Positions 8,327 through 15,288 of a stretch of DNA of 43,037 nt are shown here, in pieces. The notes under the pieces are model-generated. The model had not been told where the DNA came from, ran no database searches, and worked only from the letters and a program-made list of their open reading frames with translations. Made by a program: the position numbers and the translations under genes. The DNA comes from Bacteroidia bacterium (lineage in GTDB: Bacteria; Bacteroidota; Bacteroidia; B-17B0; Aurantibacillaceae), in NCBI GenBank assembly GCA_035567575.1, contig DATMPR010000378.1, forward strand, positions 1 to 43,037, read 5' to 3'. Each line of letters begins with the position of its first letter. The first letter of the stretch is position 1.

Positions 8327-8932
8327 ATGATCGTTATTGTTGATTATGGTTTAGGAAACCTTGTTTCAGTAAAAAACATGCTCAAGAAATTGGGTATCGA
8401 ATCAACAATTACTGATAAAAAAGACGCAATTGAGAAAGCGCAAAAAATAATTTTACCCGGTGTTGGCGCTTTTGACAACGGGATGAATCTTATTAAACAA
8501 AAAGGTTTATTGGGAGTATTAAATCAAAAAGCTACAATAGAAAAAATTCCTGTTCTTGGAATTTGTTTAGGGATGCAGTTGCTAACTAAAGGCAGCGAAG
8601 AGGGAATTGAAAAAGGATTAGGCTGGGTAGATGCACAAACCATAAAATTTAATTTTACGGATAGAGTCTTGAAAATTCCGCATATGGGCTGGAGTTATAT
8701 TGATGTAAAAAAAGAAAATGAATTGATCAGGAAAGAAGATAAACACCGTTTTTATTTTGTGCATTCGTATTATGTAAAATGCAATGATGAAAGTGATGTG
8801 ATCGCCACCTGTAATTATGGTACTGAATTCACTTGCATTTTAAACCACGGAAATATTTTTGGCGCACAATTTCATCCCGAGAAAAGTTTGAAATTCGGAA
8901 TGGAACTCCTTAATAATTTTAGTAAGCTATAA
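8327..8932 (+). CDS. hisH: HisH-type glutamine amidotransferase subunit (WbuY-like paralogue in a glycan locus)
   Basis: 201-aa ORF with a class-I GATase triad context: GICLGMQLL (Cys), and FVHSYY and FHPEKS (His/Glu). Confidence 0.85.
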   Translation: MIVIVDYGLGNLVSVKNMLKKLGIESTITDKKDAIEKAQKIILPGVGAFDNGMNLIKQKGLLGVLNQKATIEKIPVLGICLGMQLLTKGSEEGIEKGLGWVDAQTIKFNFTDRVLKIPHMGWSYIDVKKENELIRKEDKHRFYFVHSYYVKCNDESDVIATCNYGTEFTCILNHGNIFGAQFHPEKSLKFGMELLNNFSKL

Positions 8933-8959
8933 TTTTAACCGTTAAATCTAACCTCCAAA

Positions 8960-9715
8960 ATGGCACTCAAAAGGATCATACCATGCTTGCTTTACGACGG
9001 TAAAGGTTTAGTAAAGACGGTTAAGTTTAAAAACCCTTCCTATGTGGGTGATCCTATAAATGCCATAAAAATATTTAATGAGAAAGAGGTTGATGAACTA
9101 ATTCTAATCGACATTAACGCTACGCGCGAGCGGAGGAAACTAAACATTTCAAAAATTGCTGATTTGGCAGGAGAATGTTTTATGCCCTTTGCTTATGGCG
9201 GTGGGGTAAAAACCGTTAGTGAGTTTTATGAGTTGTTTAAAAATGGTGTTGAAAAAGTAGTTGTTAATTCTTTAATTTTCGAAAACCCTTCAGTCATAAT
9301 AGAAGCTGTGAGTAAATATGGTTCCCAAGCTGTTGTAGCTTGTGTAGATTTTAAGAAGAATTTATTTGGTAAAAAAAATGTTTATTCTTTTAGCGGACAT
9401 TCAGTTAAGTACAGCATGCCCGATTTTATTAAATATCTCGAAGAGGAATTAGGTGTTGGCGAATTGTTTTTGCAAAATGTGGATGCAGAAGGAACCTGGA
9501 ATGGTTTTGATAACGAGTTCGTAAAACAAATTACCGATCTAACTTCCTTACCGGTAATTGCCTGCGGGGGTGCCGGCAATATTCAACATTTAAAAGACAT
9601 ACTTTATACTTCGGGAGCAAATGCTGCCGCAATTGGCAGTATGGCAGTGTATTCTAAAAAAGGAATGGGTGTTTTGATTAACTTTCCACAGCGAAGCAAT
9701 GTTATAATCGAGTAA
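8960..9715 (+). CDS. hisF: HisF-type cyclase-like subunit (HisF2/WbuZ/AglZ-type acetamidino-modification protein)
   Basis: 251-aa ORF with TIM-barrel HisF blocks RIIPCLLYDGKGLVKTVKF, ELILIDINAT, PVIACGGAGN and AAAIGSMAV. It is adjacent to hisH within a polysaccharide locus rather than a his operon. Confidence 0.85.
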   Translation: MALKRIIPCLLYDGKGLVKTVKFKNPSYVGDPINAIKIFNEKEVDELILIDINATRERRKLNISKIADLAGECFMPFAYGGGVKTVSEFYELFKNGVEKVVVNSLIFENPSVIIEAVSKYGSQAVVACVDFKKNLFGKKNVYSFSGHSVKYSMPDFIKYLEEELGVGELFLQNVDAEGTWNGFDNEFVKQITDLTSLPVIACGGAGNIQHLKDILYTSGANAAAIGSMAVYSKKGMGVLINFPQRSNVIIE

Positions 9716-9800
9716 TATTATAACCATTTAAAAATCAATATATTAAATTAATATTAAGCACTTAAAATAATCACCTATTTATTGTTTTTTAGCTTAAATC

Positions 9801-9817
9801 GAGTAACTTTGTTACTC
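9801..9817 (+). promoter_or_regulatory. Perfect 7-3-7 inverted repeat GAGTAAC-TTT-GTTACTC overlapping a TAACTTTG -7 box (promoter plus candidate operator)
   Basis: Read directly from the sequence. The repeat arms are 9801-9807 and 9811-9817, and TAACTTTG is at 9804-9811. The ATG of the wHTH regulator is at 9822. Confidence 0.45.
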
Positions 9818-9821
9818 ATTA

Positions 9822-10355
9822 ATGATTGATACACTAATATCCTCCAAAACCCGTATCAAACTGTTGCTTAAGTTTTTTCTGAACAGCAACACAACCGCTT
9901 ATTTACGGAACCTTGAAGAAGAATTCGGTGAGTCAACAAACGGCATCAGGATCGAATTAAATAAATTCGAAAAAGCAGGTTTTCTCGATTCCTTTTCAAA
10001 AGGAAATAAAAAAATGTTTACCGCAAATACCAAACATCCTTTATTTAAAGAGATCCATAAAATTATTTTAAAAATGGTTGGTGTTGAATATGTGGTTGAT
10101 TACATATTGCAGCGTATTGGTGATCTTGAAAAAGTTTATTTAGTTGGTAAACTTTCTACCGGTCAGGATTCAAATATTATCGATCTGGTTTTAGTGGGAA
10201 ATGATATTAACAAAACCTTCTTGATAGAACAGATAGAAAAGGCTGAGAAAAAGATTGATAAGAAAATAAGATATGTGCACTTTAGGGCTGACGAATTTGA
10301 TATTAGTAAAATTACGGAGCCCGGTACACATCCGCTTCTTTTGTGGAGCAAATAA
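9822..10355 (+). CDS. Winged-helix (ArsR-like) transcriptional regulator fused to a minimal-nucleotidyltransferase-like domain
   Basis: 177-aa ORF. The N-terminus KTRIKLLLKFFLNSNTTAYLRNLEEEFGESTNGIRIELNKFEKAGFL looks like a wHTH. Residues 105-126, VYLVGKLSTGQDSNIIDLVLVG, resemble the GSxxxGx5SD[IL]D MNT motif. Confidence 0.5.
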   Translation: MIDTLISSKTRIKLLLKFFLNSNTTAYLRNLEEEFGESTNGIRIELNKFEKAGFLDSFSKGNKKMFTANTKHPLFKEIHKIILKMVGVEYVVDYILQRIGDLEKVYLVGKLSTGQDSNIIDLVLVGNDINKTFLIEQIEKAEKKIDKKIRYVHFRADEFDISKITEPGTHPLLLWSK

Positions 10356-10457
10356 TTTTCGTACCCGCTTGTTATGTCGAGCGGAGTCGATACGATGTGA
10401 AAAAATAAAGCTTGCTTGGTTAGTAATGTGACTGAGGAGGCGAAGCCGTGAAAAGCG

Positions 10458-10970
10458 ATGGTAGAAAAAGAAAAAAATTGGCACGCGTTATATGTTGCTT
10501 CGCGGCAAGAAAAAAAAGTATTAAAACGTCTTGAACAAAAAAACATTGAAACGTATTTGCCAATTTTAAAAACAATGAAACAATGGAGCGACCGTAAAAA
10601 AATGGTAGAGCTGCCTTTATTGAATGGTTATATTTTTGTGAGAATAACAAATTTAGAAAATGAAAAGACTATACAAACTCCCGGCGTTGTTAATTTTGTC
10701 CGTGCCGAAGGAAAAATTGCCAAAGTACGCGATATTGAGATTGAGCGCTTAAAACAATTGATCGATTTAGGATATCAAATGGAATTGAATGGCGTGAAAC
10801 GAAATTATAGAGAAGGCGATAAAGTAAAAATAACTTCAGGCGCGTTAAAAAATGTAGAAGGATTTGTTGTCGAGAATAAGGAAGGCAGATATATAGATGT
10901 TTTATTAGAAAGTATTGGCCAAAGTATCCGTGTTAAATTGCCCGAGGAAATTTTAATACCAATAAAATAA
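10458..10970 (+). CDS. UpxY-family (NusG-like) transcription antiterminator
   Basis: 170-aa ORF with an NGN-like N-terminus WHALYVASRQEKKVLKRLEQKNIETYLPI...WSDRKKMVELPLLNGYIFV. A KOW-like segment GDKVKITSGALKNVEGFVV follows. It lies at the head of the glycan operon. Confidence 0.8.
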   Translation: MVEKEKNWHALYVASRQEKKVLKRLEQKNIETYLPILKTMKQWSDRKKMVELPLLNGYIFVRITNLENEKTIQTPGVVNFVRAEGKIAKVRDIEIERLKQLIDLGYQMELNGVKRNYREGDKVKITSGALKNVEGFVVENKEGRYIDVLLESIGQSIRVKLPEEILIPIK

Positions 10971-11825
10971 ATGACTGAAGAAAAAGATTGGGATATAATT
11001 ATTAAACCAAAACCAAAATTATTTCATTTTGGTTTTAAAGAAATTTGGGCTTACCGCGACCTCATAATTTTATTTGTAAAACGCGATATTGTTTCACAAT
11101 ACAAACAAACTATTTTAGGCCCATTATGGTTAATTATTCAACCAATATTAACTACTGTTTTTTTTACAATTATTTTTGGAAAATTTGCAAAATTCGATAC
11201 AGGGGGTATTCCATTTCCTATTTTTACTTTATCAGGCTTAACAATTTGGAATTTTTTTGCCATGTCACTTAACAAAACTTCCTCTGTATTTGTAAATAAT
11301 GCTACCATATTTGGTAAAGTTTATTTCCCGCGATTAACAGTTCCTTTTTCTGCGATTATAGCAAACTTCATAACCTTTCTTGTTCAGTTTGCCATTTTAT
11401 TATTGTTGTTGTTTTATTATAAATTTTTTAATAATTATGTTTGGCAAATAAATTATTTCGGATTATTAGGGCTGCTATTATTGCTTATTATTTTCAGTCT
11501 TTTTGGTTTAGGTGCCGGACTAATTGTTTCTTCCATTACTACTAAGTATAGGGATTTAGGATTTTTAGTAGGTTTTGCTTTGCAGTTCGTAATGTACTTT
11601 TCATCTGTTGTTTTTCCTTTAGATAAATTGGGACCTAAATGGGGATCGATTATAAACTTAAATCCATTAATTCATTTAGTTCATTGGTTCAGGGCAATTA
11701 TAATAAATGCTCCAATGCCAAACATGTCATTACTCTTATATAGCACTGCTTTTATGATAATAGTGTTGTTTAGTGGTATTTTAGTTTTTAACCGGGTTGA
11801 AAAATCTTTTATGGATACTGTTTAA
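10971..11825 (+). CDS. wzm: ABC-2 type polysaccharide export permease
   Basis: 284-aa ORF with about 6 TM segments. The N-terminal ELWxYRDL-type motif is present (EIWAYRDLIILFVKRDIVSQYKQTILGPLW). Its stop overlaps the start of the ATPase gene (TAATG). Confidence 0.85.
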   Translation: MTEEKDWDIIIKPKPKLFHFGFKEIWAYRDLIILFVKRDIVSQYKQTILGPLWLIIQPILTTVFFTIIFGKFAKFDTGGIPFPIFTLSGLTIWNFFAMSLNKTSSVFVNNATIFGKVYFPRLTVPFSAIIANFITFLVQFAILLLLLFYYKFFNNYVWQINYFGLLGLLLLLIIFSLFGLGAGLIVSSITTKYRDLGFLVGFALQFVMYFSSVVFPLDKLGPKWGSIINLNPLIHLVHWFRAIIINAPMPNMSLLLYSTAFMIIVLFSGILVFNRVEKSFMDTV

Positions 11826-13114
11826 TGAAAAGCGTAATTAAAGTAGAAAATATTAGCAAACTGTACCAGTTAGGTGATATAGGTTCAGGTTCTATTGGTA
11901 ATGATCTTAAAAAATGGTGGGCTTCTGTAAGAGGTAAAGAAGATCCATTCGCAGCCATTGCAGAAACAAACGATAGAGCTGCTAAGGGAAATTCGGATTA
12001 TGTATGGGCTTTAAAAGATATTAATTTTGAGGTTAACCAGGGGCAAGTCCTTGGTATTGTAGGTAAAAATGGAGCAGGTAAGTCAACATTATTGAAAATA
12101 TTATCTAGAACCACTTTACCTAATAAAGGAGAAATTAAAATTAAAGGGAGAATTGCCAGTTTGCTTGAAGTTGGGACTGGCTTTCATCCTGATCTCACTG
12201 GCAGGGAAAATGTTTTTTTGAACGGCGCAATTCTGGGGATGACCAAAGCAGAAATTAAAAGTAGGTTTGATGAAATAGTTGACTTTAGCGGTGTTGAGCG
12301 ATATATTGATACACCTGTTAAAAGGTATTCATCAGGTATGTATGTGCGTTTAGCTTTTGCAGTGGCCGCGAATTTAGAGCCGGAAATTTTAATAGTTGAT
12401 GAAGTGTTGTCGGTGGGAGATGCAGAATTTCAAAAAAAATGTATGGGTAAAATGAAATCTGTTTCCGGACTCGGCAGAACTATTCTTTTTGTTAGTCATA
12501 ATATTCCTTCGATTCGACTGCTTTGTGATAAATGTCTTTACCTCGAAAAAGGAAGCGTTAAACGCTTGGGAGATACAGATACTATAATTGCTGAATACCT
12601 TGCCGGGGATGTTAAAGAAAAAAATTTAGTGTCGGGAGAAATACCTGATAAATTAAGTTTATATAATACAGGAGAGGCTAAATTCAGGAAGATATATATC
12701 ATTGATAAAAATAACGATAAAGTAAAAGAACTTGAATTTACTGAAAAATTAATTGTTGAATTGGAAATGGAAGTGTTTAAGGATATAGATAGTGTTACCC
12801 TAGAAGTAAATATAGTTAATCAATATGGTGAAGTAGTGATAATGGCGAATGAAAACGAAAAATATAAACCTGTTTCTTTTCAAAAAGGGAGATATTTAAT
12901 AAATGTAGATTTTAATGAAGAATTAATGCCAGGTAATTATTCATTAGGTGTTGGAATCTCTCATTTTCATACAGGAAGCAGTATAGATCTTATAGAAAGT
13001 TTTTATCCATTTACGATAAGTAAAGAATCTAAATCAAAAAACATGGAATACCCTTGGGCAACAATACGGGGATATATTAAACCTAAAACAACGTGGAACG
13101 TAACAAAAATTTAA
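11825..13114 (+). CDS. wzt: Polysaccharide ABC exporter ATP-binding protein with a C-terminal glycan-binding (Wzt_C-like) domain
   Basis: 429-aa ORF with Walker A GKNGAGKST, signature YSSGMYVRLAF and Walker B ILIVDEVLSVGD. An extra ~165-aa beta-rich C-terminal extension (from about 12608) is present, as in Wzt proteins with a carbohydrate-binding module. Confidence 0.9.
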   Translation: MKSVIKVENISKLYQLGDIGSGSIGNDLKKWWASVRGKEDPFAAIAETNDRAAKGNSDYVWALKDINFEVNQGQVLGIVGKNGAGKSTLLKILSRTTLPNKGEIKIKGRIASLLEVGTGFHPDLTGRENVFLNGAILGMTKAEIKSRFDEIVDFSGVERYIDTPVKRYSSGMYVRLAFAVAANLEPEILIVDEVLSVGDAEFQKKCMGKMKSVSGLGRTILFVSHNIPSIRLLCDKCLYLEKGSVKRLGDTDTIIAEYLAGDVKEKNLVSGEIPDKLSLYNTGEAKFRKIYIIDKNNDKVKELEFTEKLIVELEMEVFKDIDSVTLEVNIVNQYGEVVIMANENEKYKPVSFQKGRYLINVDFNEELMPGNYSLGVGISHFHTGSSIDLIESFYPFTISKESKSKNMEYPWATIRGYIKPKTTWNVTKI

Positions 13115-13116
13115 TC

Positions 13117-14100
13117 ATGGAAATAAAAAATTCAAAAATTTTAGTTATCGGCGGTGCAGGCTTCATTGGAAGTTTTGTCGTAGCTGAATTGTTAAAAGAA
13201 GATGTAGCTGAAATTGTGGTGTACGACAATTTCGCACGCGGTAAGAAAGAATACCTTGAAGAATCTTTAAAAGATAAACGTTGTCGGATTTACCCAATTG
13301 GCGGTGACATACGCGAAACCGATATTTTAAATAAAGCAATGGAAGGCATGGATCATGTTATTTGTCTTGCAGCCATGTGGCTTCTTCATTGCAAAGATTT
13401 TCCCCGTACTGCTTTTGAAGTAAATATCGCAGGAACATTTAATATTTTGGAGGCTTGCGTAAATAATAAAATAAAAAAATTAATTTGGTCATCTTCCGCG
13501 TCAGTTTACGGTGATGCTGTTGAATTGCCAATGACAGAATCTCACCCATTTAATAATAAAAATTTTTATGGCGCTACAAAAATTGCAGGTGAAGCAATGG
13601 CGACCGCGTTTAACGACCGTTACGGATTAAAAGTAATTGGCTTGCGTTACATGAATGTATATGGCCCGCATCAGGATCAAACTGCTGCTTATACAGGAGT
13701 GGTTCCAATCATGTTAAATAAAATTGATGCGAACGAAGCGCCGTTAATTAATGGCGATGGAAGTCAGGCATACGATTTTATTTATGTTGAGGATGTAGCA
13801 AAATGTAATGTGCAAGCATTGAAATCAAATGCTGATTTTGGTTTTTATAATGTGGGAACAGAAGTACAGACATCTATAAAATCTTTATGCGATCTGATCC
13901 TCAAACTAAAAAAATCAAATTTAAAAGTCACCTATGTTCCATACAGCGCTGATGATGCACGCGCCTTAGTGCAAAACAGAATTGGATCTGCAGTAAAAGC
14001 AGAAAAAGAATTAGGTTTCAAATATAAATATTCATTGGAAGAAGGTCTCTTATGTTTAATTGCATGGAGAGATAAAAATAAAAAAGCACAATTAGCTTAA
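13117..14100 (+). CDS. Extended-SDR NAD-dependent NDP-sugar epimerase/dehydratase
   Basis: The motifs are ILVIGGAGFIGS, SSSASVYG and YGATK (YxxxK). The ATG at 13117 is preferred over the tracked GTG at 13093, which would overlap wzt by 22 nt. Confidence 0.8.
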   Translation: MEIKNSKILVIGGAGFIGSFVVAELLKEDVAEIVVYDNFARGKKEYLEESLKDKRCRIYPIGGDIRETDILNKAMEGMDHVICLAAMWLLHCKDFPRTAFEVNIAGTFNILEACVNNKIKKLIWSSSASVYGDAVELPMTESHPFNNKNFYGATKIAGEAMATAFNDRYGLKVIGLRYMNVYGPHQDQTAAYTGVVPIMLNKIDANEAPLINGDGSQAYDFIYVEDVAKCNVQALKSNADFGFYNVGTEVQTSIKSLCDLILKLKKSNLKVTYVPYSADDARALVQNRIGSAVKAEKELGFKYKYSLEEGLLCLIAWRDKNKKAQLA

Positions 14101-14102
14101 TC

Positions 14103-15245
14103 ATGGAAAAACGAAATATACCAATTTCACTTCCTTCCATGGGACAGGAAGAATGGGAAGCAACAAAAGAACCAATTTTTAGCGGCTGGATCACACAAGG
14201 CCCTAAAGTTGCAGAGTTCGAAAAATTATTTGCTCAACGACATAAAGTAAAACATGCTATTGCAGTTTCAAATTGTACAACTGCATTGCATTTAGCTTTA
14301 GCTGCATTGGATGTTAAAGAGGGAGATGAAGTTATTGTTCCTGCCTTCACATGGGTATCAACCGCAAATGCAATTATGTATTGCAACGCAAAGCCTGTTT
14401 TTATTGATATTGATATCAAAACATTTAATATTGATGTTACTCAATTAAAAAATAAAATCACATCAAAAACCAAAGTGATCATACCGGTTCACTTATTTGG
14501 TTTGTGCGCAAATATTGATGAGATAAAAAAAATTGCTCCCAATTTAAAAATTGTTGAAGATGGAGCTTGCGCAGCGGGAGCCGGAATTAATGACAGACCC
14601 GCAGGAAGTTTAGGTGACATTGGTTGTTTCTCATTTCATCCTCGTAAATCAGTTACAACCGGTGAAGGCGGAATGCTAACGACAAATGATGATAAATTAG
14701 CTGAACGCTTAAATATGTTACGCAATCACGGAGCATCCGTTTCAGAAGAACAAAGACACAAAGGACCGAAGCCTTATATTTTGCCGGAATTTGACATGAT
14801 TGGTTTTAATTATAGAATGACGGATATACAAGGTGCAGTTGGCGTTGTGCAAATAAAAAAATTGGATAAGTTTATTGATGAGCGCCAGCAATGGGCCGAT
14901 TATTTTACAAAAGAATTATCCGCTATTTCATGGTTAAGAACTCCATTTATTCCGAATGGCTATAAACATGGCTGGCAATCATACGTTTTATTTATTGATG
15001 AAACGAAATCACCAATAAAAAGAAATGATCTGATGGAATTGTTACAACAAAAAGGAATTAGTACACGACCCGGAACGCACGCCGTTCATATGTTAGGTTT
15101 TTATAAAAAAACATTTGGCATTAAACCCGGTGATTATCCGAATGCCTTTGCAGCAAACGAATATAGTATGTCAATACCTTTACATAATAAAATGGTAAAA
15201 GAAGATTTCGAATATATTGTGTCAGCATTAAAATCCATAAAATAA
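14103..15245 (+). CDS. DegT/DnrJ/EryC1-family PLP-dependent sugar aminotransferase
   Basis: 380-aa ORF. The block SFHPRKSVTTGEGGM contains the PLP lysine. LRNHG and FNYRMTDIQGAVG are also typical of the family. Confidence 0.9.
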   Translation: MEKRNIPISLPSMGQEEWEATKEPIFSGWITQGPKVAEFEKLFAQRHKVKHAIAVSNCTTALHLALAALDVKEGDEVIVPAFTWVSTANAIMYCNAKPVFIDIDIKTFNIDVTQLKNKITSKTKVIIPVHLFGLCANIDEIKKIAPNLKIVEDGACAAGAGINDRPAGSLGDIGCFSFHPRKSVTTGEGGMLTTNDDKLAERLNMLRNHGASVSEEQRHKGPKPYILPEFDMIGFNYRMTDIQGAVGVVQIKKLDKFIDERQQWADYFTKELSAISWLRTPFIPNGYKHGWQSYVLFIDETKSPIKRNDLMELLQQKGISTRPGTHAVHMLGFYKKTFGIKPGDYPNAFAANEYSMSIPLHNKMVKEDFEYIVSALKSIK

Positions 15246-15260
15246 ATAATGTTCTGTTTA

Positions 15261-15283
15261 CTCCCAACTCCCAACTCCCAACT
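15261..15283 (+). repeat. Tandem heptamer (CTCCCAA) x3 plus a partial unit, in the intergenic spacer before asnB-1
   Basis: Read directly as ctcccaa ctcccaa ctcccaa ct. It ends 5 nt before the ATG at 15289. Confidence 0.9.
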
Positions 15284-15288
15284 TTCCA

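Noticed and set aside
9822-10355. The wHTH-MNT-like protein as half of an MNT/HEPN toxin-antitoxin or defence module.
   Set aside because: There is no HEPN-like partner gene. The next gene is a UpxY antiterminator, and the context is a regulatory position at the head of a glycan operon.
10366-10400. The segment ttatgtcgagcggagtcgatacgatgtg in the upxY leader. It resembles the short GC-rich REP-like elements (..gagcg.agtcga..) scattered in many Bacteroidota genomes.
   Set aside because: There is only one copy in the window and only a weak 4-bp TCGA...TCGA stem. Without the whole genome I cannot show it is repetitive or structured. It is worth a genome-wide word search but is not reportable as a feature.
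10435-10439. A GGAGG Shine-Dalgarno-like motif upstream of upxY.
   Set aside because: It lies 18 nt before the ATG, which is too far. Bacteroidota generally do not use SD-guided initiation, so it is likely coincidental.
9716-10457. A Bacteroides-style invertible (fin/IR-flanked) promoter in front of the glycan operon.
   Set aside because: I found no pair of longer inverted repeats flanking either intergenic region, and there is no nearby serine or tyrosine recombinase. Only the local 17-bp palindrome is present.
10163-10650. Three overlapping minus-strand ORFs (10163..10546, 10191..10484, 10420..10650) spanning the regulator-upxY intergenic region.
   Set aside because: They are antisense to two well-supported + strand genes and their products are low-complexity. 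The only unexplained DNA they cover is the 102-nt upxY leader.
13093-13116. Longer tracked starts for the SDR (GTG 13093) and for the GT-like gene (ATG 27297).
   Set aside because: Both create long overlaps with the upstream gene (22 and 41 nt) and add non-conserved residues. In-frame ATGs at 13117 and 27327 give canonical N-termini. They remain possible alternatives.
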